NCBI GenBank assembly: GCA_047602405.1
Contig: JASGHJ010000001.1
Coordinates: forward strand, 864,001 to 928,000
Length of the DNA stretch: 64,000 nucleotides
Direction: 5' to 3'
Source: Anaeromyxobacteraceae bacterium
GTDB lineage: Bacteria; Myxococcota; Myxococcia; Myxococcales; Anaeromyxobacteraceae
Part shown: positions 32,926 to 42,970 of the stretch, piece by piece
Layout of the letters: the number at the start of each line of letters is the position of its first letter
How positions within the stretch are numbered: the stretch's first letter is position 1
Notes under the pieces: generated by a model
Database searches by the model: none
What the model was told of the DNA's origin: nothing
What the model saw: only the letters and a program-made list of their open reading frames with translations
Program-made: the position numbers and the translations under genes

Positions 32926-34097
32926 CGCATCACCTCGACCGAGGCTGGCCGAGCGCCGCCTCCGAGGAGCCAAGCATACACGGCGATCAGCGAGGCCGCG
33001 ACCGAGGGCCACGTGTACGCGCGCTCCACGAGGGCGCGCCCTGCGGCACCGAGCGCGGCGCGTTCCGCCGGGGAGCGCGAGAGCAGGGTCTCCAGCGCCG
33101 CCGCGACGGAGGCCGCGTCGGCCTCGCACAGCAGGCCCGCGCCCGGGGCCTCGACGTCGAAGTTGCACGCGCGCGTGATGACCACCGGCAGCCGCCAGGC
33201 CATCGCCTCCAGCACCGCGATCGAGAAGCCCTCGGTGTACGACGGGAGCGCGAAGGCGTCCGCTGCCGCGAAGGCCTCGGCCTTCGCCTCGCCCCAGAGC
33301 GGCCCGACGAAGTGCACGCGGCCCCCGAGGCCGCGCGCCTCCGCGTCCCGGCGGACCTCGGCCTCGTGGCCCAGCTGATCGGGGCCGGCGACGACGAGGC
33401 TCCAGCCTTCGCGGTCGAGGGTCCCCGCCTTCGCCAGGCGCGCCCACGCGTCGACGAGGACGTGCAGGCCCTTCTTCGGGTGGAGGCGCCCGAGGAAGAG
33501 GAGCAGTCGGCCCGGTGACAGCGAAGGGAACCTGCGCCGGAGCGCGTCCCGCGGCGGCGCCCCCGCGATGTCCGGCAGCTCGACGCCGTTCGGAACGATC
33601 GCGACGGGGCTGGTGAGGCCGAACGCCCGGAAGCTCCTCGCCTCCTCGGCGTTGAGCGCGTGCAGGCAGGCGGCACGGCGCAGGTTGTCGTCCTCGACGA
33701 AGGCTCGAAAGACCCGCTTCTTCCAGGCGGAGCGCGCGAGCGCCGGCGCCTCGAGCATGCCGTGCGGGCTCACCACCACGGGCCGCCCGGTGCGCCGGCC
33801 GAAGTCGCATGCGTCCTTCGAGGTCCAGGTGAAGAGGCCGTGGAGGTGGAGGAGCTCGGGCGGTGCCGCGGCGAGCGCGCGGGCGAGCCCCGGGGCGCGG
33901 CCGAGCGCGAGCGGCCCCGCCGCGGGGTGGACGCGCGGCGATGGTATGCCCTCCTGCGGGCGCTCCGCGGGGTCCTCCACGCCGAGCACCTCGACCGATG
34001 CGCCGGCAGCGGCCTGGGCGCGCGCGAGCGCGCCGATCACCGGCGGGATGCCGCCGCCGCGGTTCGAGAGGAGCCAGGTGAGGTGGGTGACCTTCAC
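32922..34097 (-). CDS. GT4 glycosyltransferase
   Basis: SPHGML, FLGRLHPKKG, PSYTEGFSIAVLEAMA. Confidence 0.9.
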   Translation of the reverse strand: MKVTHLTWLLSNRGGGIPPVIGALARAQAAAGASVEVLGVEDPAERPQEGIPSPRVHPAAGPLALGRAPGLARALAAAPPELLHLHGLFTWTSKDACDFGRRTGRPVVVSPHGMLEAPALARSAWKKRVFRAFVEDDNLRRAACLHALNAEEARSFRAFGLTSPVAIVPNGVELPDIAGAPPRDALRRRFPSLSPGRLLLFLGRLHPKKGLHVLVDAWARLAKAGTLDREGWSLVVAGPDQLGHEAEVRRDAEARGLGGRVHFVGPLWGEAKAEAFAAADAFALPSYTEGFSIAVLEAMAWRLPVVITRACNFDVEAPGAGLLCEADAASVAAALETLLSRSPAERAALGAAGRALVERAYTWPSVAASLIAVYAWLLGGGARPASVEVMR

Positions 34098-35281
34098 GGC
34101 AACCACCTCGCGAGGCTGAACGCGCTCGCAGGGCCGCGCTCCCGCGCGAGCGCGACGGTGCGGACGAGGGCTTCCGCGAAGGTCTCGGGTGTGAGCGCGG
34201 CGACGAGCCGGCGAGAGGCCTCACCCATTACGGCGAGCGCGGCATCGGGCAGCGCTGCCATGCGCTGGAGGCGCTCCCCGAGCTCGCCCGGCCGGGACGG
34301 ATCGAATAGGAAGCCGTTCTCGCCGTCCCGCACGAGCTCTGGCGCGCAGCCGGCCCGCTCGGAGACGACGAGCGGGAGGCCAGCGGCCGCGGCCTCGTTC
34401 ACGACGAGCCCCCACTGCTCGTGCGTGCTCGGGAGGACGAACGCCGAGGCGAGGCCGAACCAGGCCGGGAGCTCGGGGTACTGGACGAAGCCGGGCAGGC
34501 GCACCGCATCGGCGAGGTGGTGCCGGTCGATAGCGGCCTCCAACGCCGCGCGCTCCTCACCGTCGCCGAGGAGCACGAGCCCCCAGGGCGCCTGGGCTGC
34601 CGCGCGGTAGCCGGCGTAGGCATCGACCAGCGCCGGGAGGTTCTTCTTCGCGATGAAGCGGGCGGAGGCGAGGAAGTAGCGCGCGGGGAGCCCGAGCCGC
34701 GCGCGCAGGGCGGGAGCGTCTGCGCGGGCCGCCGCCGCGCCGCTCGCGAAGTGCGCGTTGTCGACGACGTCGTACCCGGTGACGATCCGGTCGGCCGGCA
34801 TGCCGAGCCTCGCGAGGTACTCCGCGTGGCGGCGGCCCGCGACGAGCGCCGCCGCGCAGGCGCCGACGACGCCGCGCTTGAGCGCCTCTCGCCAGGCGAC
34901 GCGGGGTGCGTCGCGCTCGTGGCTGTCGGAGAAGATCGCGGCGGGCCTGCCGTTCGCGGCGGCCCAGGCGATGGCGGCACGGGACTCGGGAAAGCCCCAG
35001 CCGTTCGCGACGACGACGGCCGGACGGAGCTCGGCGAGCGCGGCGCGGGTGGCCCGGCGGAGCTCGGCCGGACGGAGCGCGAGGTAGTCGGCGCCAGGAA
35101 AGAGCGGGTGGGTGCGAAACGAGGCCGCCTCGCCGCCGGACCAGGCGTACCGCGTGGAGCCGGCGGCGATCTCGAGCACCGTGAGGTCGAGCGCGTCGGT
35201 CCGGCGGGCCACCGCGGCGAAGCGTGCGGCGTGGTAGGGCCCGAGCCGCTCGACGAGGACGGCGACCCGGGGCGGGCTCAT
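34094..35281 (-). CDS. GT4 glycosyltransferase
   Basis: GPYHAARF, ARFIAKKN, PSTHEQWGLVVNEAAAAGLP. Confidence 0.9.
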   Translation of the reverse strand: MSPPRVAVLVERLGPYHAARFAAVARRTDALDLTVLEIAAGSTRYAWSGGEAASFRTHPLFPGADYLALRPAELRRATRAALAELRPAVVVANGWGFPESRAAIAWAAANGRPAAIFSDSHERDAPRVAWREALKRGVVGACAAALVAGRRHAEYLARLGMPADRIVTGYDVVDNAHFASGAAAARADAPALRARLGLPARYFLASARFIAKKNLPALVDAYAGYRAAAQAPWGLVLLGDGEERAALEAAIDRHHLADAVRLPGFVQYPELPAWFGLASAFVLPSTHEQWGLVVNEAAAAGLPLVVSERAGCAPELVRDGENGFLFDPSRPGELGERLQRMAALPDAALAVMGEASRRLVAALTPETFAEALVRTVALARERGPASAFSLARWLP

Positions 35282-36606
35282 GCAGGGGACCGGGCTCCGC
35301 CTTCGGGCTCGGCGTTCTCGAACCGGCCGAGCCCGGCGTACCACCAGACCCACCCGACCGGCGCGAGCATGAAGAGCACGCGGAACAGGAACGCCTCGAG
35401 CGACTGCATGATGAGGTAGATGGAGAGCGCTAGCGCGACGCCGTAGACGACGATCCAGATCCCGCCCTTCGTGACCGAGTTGCGCCAGCTCCGGCCGTAG
35501 AAGTATCCGAGCCCGAACATCACGGCGACCATGCCCCACGAGAACTCGATGAACATGTCAGCGACGATGCCGGTGGCCGCGCCGAACGCGCCCACCCAGC
35601 CCATGATGTGAGTCATCGCGTCGATGTCGACGCCCATGTTGACCTCGACGTCGGCGCCGAAGGTCTTCTTCGCGAACTCGTACTTCTCGGGCCAGATGGA
35701 GCGCGGGATGGGGCGGATGAAGAGGACGGTCGCGTAGCGGCCGCCCCAGTAGTACTGCCCCGTCTCGGATGCCGTGTAGACGGAGCCCGCGCCGTAGATG
35801 AATTCGTTGCCTGACCCGGCGCTCAAGACCTCGGTGGGATCACCCTCGAGTCGGAACTCGGATCCGATGTAGATATTCTGCCGGTTGGCGACGAGCAGGA
35901 GCAACAGGACGCCGACCGCCGCTCCACCTCCGAGGACCTGCAGGAGCAGTGGACGACGGCCGCGAATGAGGTAGACACCCGCGAGGATGGTGACGAGCAC
36001 GACGAAGGTGGGCCCTCGCCGCGCACCCAGCAGCCCCTGAATTGCAAGCGGTGCTCCAAAGAGCGCAACCCACGTCCAACTCTGGATGCTCCCGACGACG
36101 CGCCCGGAGGCGAGCAGGAGCAAGATGGCGGGCGAGGTCATCAGGTACAGCTCGCGCACGTAACCGGAGTCAGACCAACCTCCGCCGTAGGCGACGCCGT
36201 AGGCCCGCGAGAACCCGCCCATCGCGAGGATTCCAGCGCCGTAGCCCCAGACTCCAGCAAGGCCAACGATGATCGCGGCGTTATAGACGCGAGGCCCTTC
36301 CGGCAGGAGCCGGACGAAACCCTCACGAAAAGTGCCGCCGTACGCACCGATCGCGACGCCAAGCACGAGTGCAGCGATGCCGACAAGGTTCACGAGCTGA
36401 CCGAAGACGAGCTGTCGCTCCGTGAGGTATCCGAAGAACCCGTCCTCGGCCGCGATTTTCAGCGGCATGAGAACGTACAGGAACAGCGCCATCGCACCCA
36501 GGACGAGCGCCGGGTGGAGGGAGTCCCGCTGGCCACGCACGCCCGTCCAGATGGAGAGGCCGATGATGAGGGCGATCGCGATCGTGTAGCTGTAGAAGAT
36601 CGTCAT
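35278..36606 (-). CDS. Polysaccharide polymerase (Wzy-like integral membrane protein)
   Basis: About ten hydrophobic segments, GARRG, FIRPIPRSIWPEK, D.FIEFSW; located among GT genes. Confidence 0.7.
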   Translation of the reverse strand: MTIFYSYTIAIALIIGLSIWTGVRGQRDSLHPALVLGAMALFLYVLMPLKIAAEDGFFGYLTERQLVFGQLVNLVGIAALVLGVAIGAYGGTFREGFVRLLPEGPRVYNAAIIVGLAGVWGYGAGILAMGGFSRAYGVAYGGGWSDSGYVRELYLMTSPAILLLLASGRVVGSIQSWTWVALFGAPLAIQGLLGARRGPTFVVLVTILAGVYLIRGRRPLLLQVLGGGAAVGVLLLLLVANRQNIYIGSEFRLEGDPTEVLSAGSGNEFIYGAGSVYTASETGQYYWGGRYATVLFIRPIPRSIWPEKYEFAKKTFGADVEVNMGVDIDAMTHIMGWVGAFGAATGIVADMFIEFSWGMVAVMFGLGYFYGRSWRNSVTKGGIWIVVYGVALALSIYLIMQSLEAFLFRVLFMLAPVGWVWWYAGLGRFENAEPEGGARSPA

Positions 36607-37715
36607 GCGCGCGGCCAGAGCGCCTGAAGCCGGGTGACGGCTTGGTCCCAGGTCAGCTCGCCCGAGCGGGCTCGAACGGCGGCGAGCAACCCGTCGTAAC
36701 GCATCGGCTCCCAAAGGTCGAGCAGCCCAATCGCCACCGCTCCGGGGGTGGCCTGGGCTGGCGCGAGCAGGCCCACGCCCGCATCGATGCAGTCGGGGAT
36801 GCCGCCCAAGTCGACGCCCGCCACCGGCACGCCGAGCCGAAGGAACTCGAGCGTCGAGATCCCCAGCGCCTCCGCGAAGGAAAAGAGACAGCCGAAGTGC
36901 GCGCGCCGCGCTGCCGTGGCGAAGCGCGCAAGGTCTCGGGTCTTGTCGAAGTAACCGAGTGGCTCCAGCAGCCGGTGGGCCGGCACGTCGGCAGGTGATG
37001 GACCGAGCGCGAGCACGCGCACCCGCTGCCCCCGCGCCTCGATCGCCTCGGCCACCTCGAGCAGGAACGGCAGTCCCTTCCTGCGCCAGTCCTTGCCCAC
37101 GAACCCGAGCCGGAGCTCGGAGCGGTCGACCGGCCCGTGCGGCGGGAGGCTCGCCACGGCGACCTCGTCGAGGTTCGCGCCCGCGCGGACTACGTGGACC
37201 TTCGCGGCGGCGATCCCGTAGGCCTCGACCACCGAACGCGCCGCCCAGCGCGACATGCAGACCACCCGCTCGGCGCGCTCGTACGCGGCGCGCTCGCGCG
37301 CCAGCGCGTCGGCCCGCACCCGCGACGAGACAATAGCCGCAAGCCCGTACTCCTCGAAGTTCTGGCGGAGGGTGGCGTCGATGTAGCAGCTCATGCGCTC
37401 GACGCGCGCGGACTCGGGCGGGAGCAGGGCAAAGTGGGTCAGGATCTCGGCGCCCTCCGCCTCGCCGGCGCGCTGGGCCCAGAGCGCGTCCAGAAAACCG
37501 GCTGTGTACTGGAAGCCGCCACGCTCGCCGGTCGTGAGGAGCTGGCCGAGGTTCCAGAGCGCTCTCCGGCCGCGAAGCCGCTCCGGAGCGAGCGCGAGCC
37601 CGCCCTGGAGGAAGCCGCGCGGCCGCGCCGCCTCGAGGAGATGGCGCGGGATCCCGCTCCACGTCGCCTCGCGCGTGGCGTCGCCGACCACGGCGAGCAG
37701 ACGCGGCGGGCTCAC
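36603..37715 (-). CDS. GT4 glycosyltransferase
   Basis: TWSGIP, FVGKDWRRKG, AEALGISTLEFLRLGVP. Confidence 0.85.
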   Translation of the reverse strand: MSPPRLLAVVGDATREATWSGIPRHLLEAARPRGFLQGGLALAPERLRGRRALWNLGQLLTTGERGGFQYTAGFLDALWAQRAGEAEGAEILTHFALLPPESARVERMSCYIDATLRQNFEEYGLAAIVSSRVRADALARERAAYERAERVVCMSRWAARSVVEAYGIAAAKVHVVRAGANLDEVAVASLPPHGPVDRSELRLGFVGKDWRRKGLPFLLEVAEAIEARGQRVRVLALGPSPADVPAHRLLEPLGYFDKTRDLARFATAARRAHFGCLFSFAEALGISTLEFLRLGVPVAGVDLGGIPDCIDAGVGLLAPAQATPGAVAIGLLDLWEPMRYDGLLAAVRARSGELTWDQAVTRLQALWPRA

Positions 37716-38866
37716 GACCAGTCGGCCTCCAGGGCGTCGAGCCAGTGGCCCGCGCAGGCCACGGCGGAGAACTCGGGCGCCCCGCGCGCCGCCTTCGCGG
37801 CCCAGCGGTCGTAGTTCTCGACGTTGGTGATGAGCTCCAGGATCGCGTCGGCCATCGGCCTAGGGTCGCGCGGCGGGACGAGCCTGCCGTAGCCCGCCTC
37901 GAGCACCTCCCGGCAAGCGGGGACGTCGGAGGCGATCACGGGGATGCCCGCCGCCAGCCCCTCGACCACCGCGATCCCGAAGCCCTCGTCCCGAGTGGTC
38001 GAGAAGACGTAGACGTCCATCTGACCGAGGAGCTCGGGCACGTCGGCGCGCTTTCCCCAGAACCTGGCGACCTGGGCGATCCCGAGCTCCCCCGCGAGGG
38101 CCTCGAGGTGCTCCTTCGTCTCTCCTTCACCGACGATCCAGAGCCGCGCGTCCGGCCGAACCTCGTGGACGAGCGCCATCGCGCGGACGAGCGTCTCCTG
38201 GTCCTTGATGATGCTGAGGCGCGCCACCATGCCGATGACCGGCGGACTGTCCTGGCGCTGCGCCCGGGAGCGTTTCACGCGCTCGGTGACGGCCGCCACG
38301 TCGATGCCGTTCAGCACGGGCACCGACCCGCGCGGGAGCACGCCGGACAGCCCGATGAACTCGTCGTGAACGTACTTCGAGCAGGAGATGATCGGGGTGC
38401 GCAGGATGCGCGAGGCGCGGACGATCCAGCGCCAGAGGCGGCGGCGCTCCTCCGATTCGGGCGGCGGGTTCCCGGCGTGCACGAGAACGGTGGGGATACC
38501 GGTCAGCCGCGCCGCGATCGCCACGAGGACGTGCAGCCCGAACGGGTAGACGACGATCGCCCGGGGGCGAAGCTCGCGGAGAAGACGGGCGACCTCCCGT
38601 ACGAAGCGGACGCGCGCGTCGCGGTGGTAGACGATCTGGAACAGCCGCGCGTTCGGCAGTCCCTGGAAGCGCTCCCGCATCCCGCCGTCCGGCCCGATGT
38701 TGAGCAGGAGCCGCTCCTCGAACGGCAGGTTGGTCATGAGCTGGTAACAGAGCGTCTCGTTCCCGCCGAACGGCAGGCCGTTGAGCACGTGGAGGACCCG
38801 GTCACCGGGGCGCGCGCTTCCTTTCCGCGAAGGCGGCGCCGCCTGGGCTATCGTGTCGGCGGACAT
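37712..38866 (-). CDS. GT4 glycosyltransferase
   Basis: GGNE, GMVARL..IKD, EGFGIAVVEGLAAGIP. Confidence 0.88.
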   Translation of the reverse strand: MSADTIAQAAPPSRKGSARPGDRVLHVLNGLPFGGNETLCYQLMTNLPFEERLLLNIGPDGGMRERFQGLPNARLFQIVYHRDARVRFVREVARLLRELRPRAIVVYPFGLHVLVAIAARLTGIPTVLVHAGNPPPESEERRRLWRWIVRASRILRTPIISCSKYVHDEFIGLSGVLPRGSVPVLNGIDVAAVTERVKRSRAQRQDSPPVIGMVARLSIIKDQETLVRAMALVHEVRPDARLWIVGEGETKEHLEALAGELGIAQVARFWGKRADVPELLGQMDVYVFSTTRDEGFGIAVVEGLAAGIPVIASDVPACREVLEAGYGRLVPPRDPRPMADAILELITNVENYDRWAAKAARGAPEFSAVACAGHWLDALEADWS

Positions 38867-40139
38867 GCAGCGAGGAGTGAACCCCATCGGCGGCGCGGAC
38901 GCCAGCGCACGGCGCTTCGCCGTGCTCCAGCCCGGCGCGCGGCTCCACTACGCGGTCCCCGCCGTGCTCGCTCGCGCGGGCCGGCTGGCGCGCCTGTACA
39001 CCGACGCCCACGCCCGTTCGGCCCTTCCGTTCCGGCTGCTCGAGCTCGCGCCGCGCGGGAGCCTGCCCGGGCCGCTCGCCCGGCTGGCCGGCCGCCGGCT
39101 CCCGCCGGAGCTCGAGCCGCTCACGATCTCCCTGCCCTGGGCGACGCTCGCCGAGTTGCTCGCGCGCAAGCTCCGGACCGGCGGCGGGCTCGTGTCGGTC
39201 CCCGGCACCGAGGCCAGGCTCCGGCGGACCGCGCTCGCCCGGAACTTCGACGGCGCCGGCGGGCTGTACGTGCTCTCGAACGGCGACCTCGACCTCGTCC
39301 GCGAGGCGAAGCGGCGAGGGCTCTTCGTCGCCTACGAGCAGATCATCAACCCGCACGTCGGGCGCATCCTCCGCGAGGAGCGCGCGCGCCACCCCGACCT
39401 CGAGCCGCAAGACACCGAGGCGGAGGTCGAGGAGGGCCTGCGGCGTGACGAGGAGGTCTGGCGGCTCGCCGACGTGGTACTCGGCGCCTCCGGGCACGTG
39501 CGCGGCGAGATCCTCGAGCACGGCGTCTCCGCCGAAAAGGTGCGCGTCGTCCCGTACGGCATCGGCGCGGGCTGGCTGGAGCTCGCGCCTCGTCCCGTCC
39601 CCGGGCGCGTGCTCTTCGTGGGCTCGGTCGGGCTCCGCAAGGGCGTGCACGTCCTCGCCGCGGCCTCCCGCGAGCTCCGCCGCCGCGGCGTGCAGCACGA
39701 GCTCCGGGTCGTGGGGCCCATCGAGCTCGCCGCCGCGCGCGCCGCCTGGTCGAAGCGGCTCGCGAGCCCGGAATTCGAGAGCGTCACGTACCTCGGTCAG
39801 GTGCCGCGCGCGGAGGTCCGCGCCGAGTTCGCGCAGGCGGACATCTTCGTGCTCCCAACCCTCTCCGACAGCTTCGCGCTCGTGCACCTCGAGGCGATGG
39901 CTTGCGGCGTGCCGGTCGTGACGACGCCGAGCTGCGGCTCGACGGTCCGCGACGGCTTGGACGGCTTCATCGTGGGCACTCGCGACGCCATCGGGCTTGC
40001 CGACCGGATCGAAGCGCTGATCTCGGACCGTGCGCTGAGGGAGCGCTGCTCCAGGAATGCGCGGGCGCGCGCTTCGGAGTTCACCTGGGACTCGTACGCG
40101 CAGCGGCTCCTCGGCGCCGTTTCGCAGGACGCCTTCTGA
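38865..40139 (+). CDS. GT4 glycosyltransferase (paralogue of 47794-48951); start uncertain
   Basis: GARLHYAVP, FVGSVGLRKG, DSFALVHLEAMACGVP. Confidence 0.85.
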   Translation: MQRGVNPIGGADASARRFAVLQPGARLHYAVPAVLARAGRLARLYTDAHARSALPFRLLELAPRGSLPGPLARLAGRRLPPELEPLTISLPWATLAELLARKLRTGGGLVSVPGTEARLRRTALARNFDGAGGLYVLSNGDLDLVREAKRRGLFVAYEQIINPHVGRILREERARHPDLEPQDTEAEVEEGLRRDEEVWRLADVVLGASGHVRGEILEHGVSAEKVRVVPYGIGAGWLELAPRPVPGRVLFVGSVGLRKGVHVLAAASRELRRRGVQHELRVVGPIELAAARAAWSKRLASPEFESVTYLGQVPRAEVRAEFAQADIFVLPTLSDSFALVHLEAMACGVPVVTTPSCGSTVRDGLDGFIVGTRDAIGLADRIEALISDRALRERCSRNARARASEFTWDSYAQRLLGAVSQDAF

Positions 40140-40165
40140 GCTATGCCCGGCTCCGCGCCGTTCGA

Positions 40166-41305
40166 TCACCGGGCCGCGGACGAGAGCCCCAGCCGACGCG
40201 CGTAGCCCTCGGCCATCGCCTCGACCGAGAACAGCTCGGCGGCCCTCCGCGCGCCGGCGTCGACCCGCTCCGGCGCCGCGCCCTTCTTAGCGAGCGCCAC
40301 CAGCGCAGCGGCCATCGCTGGGGCGTCGCGGTATGGCACAACCGAAGCCGGCGCGTGCACGCCGAGCACCTCGCGGCAACCGCCAACGTCGGTCGCGACG
40401 ACCGGCACGCGCGCGGCGAGCGCCTCAACGAGCGAAATCCCGAGCCCCTCGTCCGGCTTCACCGAGAAGGCAAAGGCGTCGAGCTGGCCGAGCAGCTCGG
40501 GCACGTCGCGCCTGCTCCCGAGGAAGCGCACGCGCGCTCCCAGCCCAAGCGCGCTCGCCTTCGCCTCGAGCTCACCTCGGCGGCTCCCGTCGCCGATGAG
40601 CCAGAGTTCGATGTCAACCTCCCGGGAAGCCGCTGCGGCAGCATCGACCAGTGTGTCGTGGTCCTTCGAGTGCTCGAGCCGCGCCACCATGCCCACGCGG
40701 AAGGGCCCGCCCGCCGGGCGTGCCTTCCTCGCCGCAGCGGCGCGGACAGCAATACCAGCGATGTCCACGCCGTTGTAGACGACCGACGTAGGACCGTGCA
40801 CGCCGGCGAAGTGCTCGCGCACGCCGTCCTCGACGTAGCGTGAGCAGCACACAAGCTCGGTCGTGAACGGGCGGCCGAGCATCACCTCGACCCTAAACTT
40901 CCAGAAGGACCGTCCCTGCCAGTGAGGCGGGTAGCTGCCCACGTGCGCCACCCGTACCGGCACCCCTGCCGCGCGGGCGCCCATCGCCATGAACGCGTGC
41001 CAGCCGAAAGGCATCGAGAGGAAAGCGTGGGGCCTCGCCTCGCGGCAGATCCGGGCCGTCTCACGGACGAGCGCGGGGTAGCGACCGAGGCGCGCCCCGG
41101 GGATCTTCGCCCGGTACACCGCCACGCCGAGGTCGCGCAGTTCGGCCGCGAGTTCGTCCGGCTCGTCGTACAGCGTCATCACAGCGGGGTGGAGGCCCCG
41201 CGCGCGCCACGCGCCGAAGAGCGCGAGCGTCATGACGGGCGTCCCCTCCGCGACGAGGGAAGTCAATGCGACGAGGACGTCGACCCGGGCCGACCCATGG
41301 CTCAC
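40166..41305 (-). CDS. GT4 glycosyltransferase
   Basis: GMVARLEHSKDH, EGLGISLVEALAARVP. Confidence 0.88.
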   Translation of the reverse strand: MSHGSARVDVLVALTSLVAEGTPVMTLALFGAWRARGLHPAVMTLYDEPDELAAELRDLGVAVYRAKIPGARLGRYPALVRETARICREARPHAFLSMPFGWHAFMAMGARAAGVPVRVAHVGSYPPHWQGRSFWKFRVEVMLGRPFTTELVCCSRYVEDGVREHFAGVHGPTSVVYNGVDIAGIAVRAAAARKARPAGGPFRVGMVARLEHSKDHDTLVDAAAAASREVDIELWLIGDGSRRGELEAKASALGLGARVRFLGSRRDVPELLGQLDAFAFSVKPDEGLGISLVEALAARVPVVATDVGGCREVLGVHAPASVVPYRDAPAMAAALVALAKKGAAPERVDAGARRAAELFSVEAMAEGYARRLGLSSAAR

Positions 41306-41530
41306 AAGCCGACCATCCGCTTCAGTAACGGCATCGCATCGAGGACGTGCGTCGCAGCGTTCACGGACCCGTCCCAGCCCCCCGCGTCCAGCGAATGCCG
41401 GGCATTCAGCTTCCGCTCCGTCATCCCGGTCAGGTCTTCCGCGATCAAGCTCGCCTCCGCTCTAGGGCAGCCTACAGCCTGACCGGCCGCTCGCGAAGCG
41501 GCGCCTCGCGTCGTATGCTGCGAACGTCTC

Positions 41531-42856
41531 ATGCGCTGGCTGTCGTTCGGCATGCTCCACGCGAGCGAGCACGTGGGCGGGACGGAGGTCTTCGTCCATC
41601 GCCTCGACCGCGCGCTCCTGCGCAACGGGGTGGAGCCACACGCGGCCTTCCACAGCCGCAGCCCGGGCCGCCGCCAGTTCGAGGGCGTCCCGTGCATTGG
41701 AGTTCCTCTCCCCGCACCCGCGCGCTCACGCCTGGATCACTGGGCGTGCACGCCACCCCACCTCGGCTGGTGGGAGGCTCTCCTGGACGAGGTGCGGCCT
41801 GACGTCGTCCACGTGCACGCCACCTTGCAGGTGAACCCCCCGGAGCTCCTGCAGGCTGCCCGCGCTCGGGGCGCGCGCACCGTCTGGACGTTCCACGCCG
41901 CGGGGCAGACCTGCCTGCAGACGGCGTTGCAGCGAGACGGGGTCGTTCCGTGCGATGGCGAGGTCCTGCCGGGGCGCTGCACGCGCTGTGGGCTCGTCTG
42001 GTCCGGCGTGCCCGGGCCGCTGGCGTCCATCTTCGGCGCGCTCGATCTCCACGCCCTCGCGCCCGCCGTCCCGCCTTCGTTCCGCCACCCCTTTGAGCGC
42101 CGCTACGGGACGGAACTCTTCCAGGCTCGGCTTGCCGAGGCCTTCGACGCGCTCGATGTGGTTACGGTGCACGCGCGCTGGGCCGAGCAGCTGCTCCTCG
42201 CGAACGGCCTGCCCGCCTCCAAGGTCCACCGACTATCGCTGCCACCACCGCACGCTATCGATCCCGTCCCCGACTCACGCCCGTGGGAAGGGCTGCCGGG
42301 TAGGGTGCGCGTGCTTTACGTGGGCAGGCTGCAAGACATCAAGGGGCCGCACGTGCTCCTCGAGGCGCTGCGTGGGCCGCTCGCCGGCGTGGGTGACCTC
42401 GCCGTAGCGTTCCTGGCGGCCCCGGGTGAGCTCGATTACGGGGAGCGCTTCGCCCGCGGGGTAGCCGCGGAGCCGCGCGCGCGCCTGCTGCTCGGCTCGG
42501 GAGTGGAGCCGCTGCGCGCGATGGCCGCCGCGGACGTCGTCGTGGTCCCGTCGCTGTGCCTCGAGACAGGGCCCTTCACGGTGCTGGAGGCGCGCTGGTC
42601 GGGGGCGACCGTTGTCGGGTCTGCCCTCGGTGGGATCGCCGAGCAGCTCGCCGATGCGGCGGAGGCGCGGACCTTCGCGCCCGGAGACACCCACTCCCTC
42701 GCCGCCGTCCTGGCGGAGCTGAGCTCGGCTTCTCCGCGCCGGCCCGATCCCACACCGCTTCGGAGCGCGGTCTCTACCCGCTTCGAGGCGGAGCTGCTGA
42801 GGCTCGTCAGCCGGCTGTCGTCGCCTCCGGCGGCAGAGAGGCCCGCAGACACGTGA
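41531..42856 (+). CDS. GT4 glycosyltransferase with Cys-rich insert (paralogue of 57926-59275)
   Basis: GGTEVF, TFHAAGQTC...PCDG...RCTRC, KGPH, PSLCLETGPFTVLEA. Confidence 0.85.
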   Translation: MRWLSFGMLHASEHVGGTEVFVHRLDRALLRNGVEPHAAFHSRSPGRRQFEGVPCIGVPLPAPARSRLDHWACTPPHLGWWEALLDEVRPDVVHVHATLQVNPPELLQAARARGARTVWTFHAAGQTCLQTALQRDGVVPCDGEVLPGRCTRCGLVWSGVPGPLASIFGALDLHALAPAVPPSFRHPFERRYGTELFQARLAEAFDALDVVTVHARWAEQLLLANGLPASKVHRLSLPPPHAIDPVPDSRPWEGLPGRVRVLYVGRLQDIKGPHVLLEALRGPLAGVGDLAVAFLAAPGELDYGERFARGVAAEPRARLLLGSGVEPLRAMAAADVVVVPSLCLETGPFTVLEARWSGATVVGSALGGIAEQLADAAEARTFAPGDTHSLAAVLAELSSASPRRPDPTPLRSAVSTRFEAELLRLVSRLSSPPAAERPADT

Positions 42857-42970
42857 TGACCCGGTCGCGCGCCTTGAGCGCGGGCCGCTCCAACATACAG
42901 CTCGGGCGAGCACGAGCCCGTCGAGCGACCGAATCCGGGGGCCGCTTAGCCTAGCCCTCGGACGGCAATA

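Noticed and set aside
41302..41697. 131-aa minus-strand ORF between divergent GT genes
   Set aside because: Overlaps the GT4 at 41531 on the opposite strand, has no motifs, and covers the probable promoter region.
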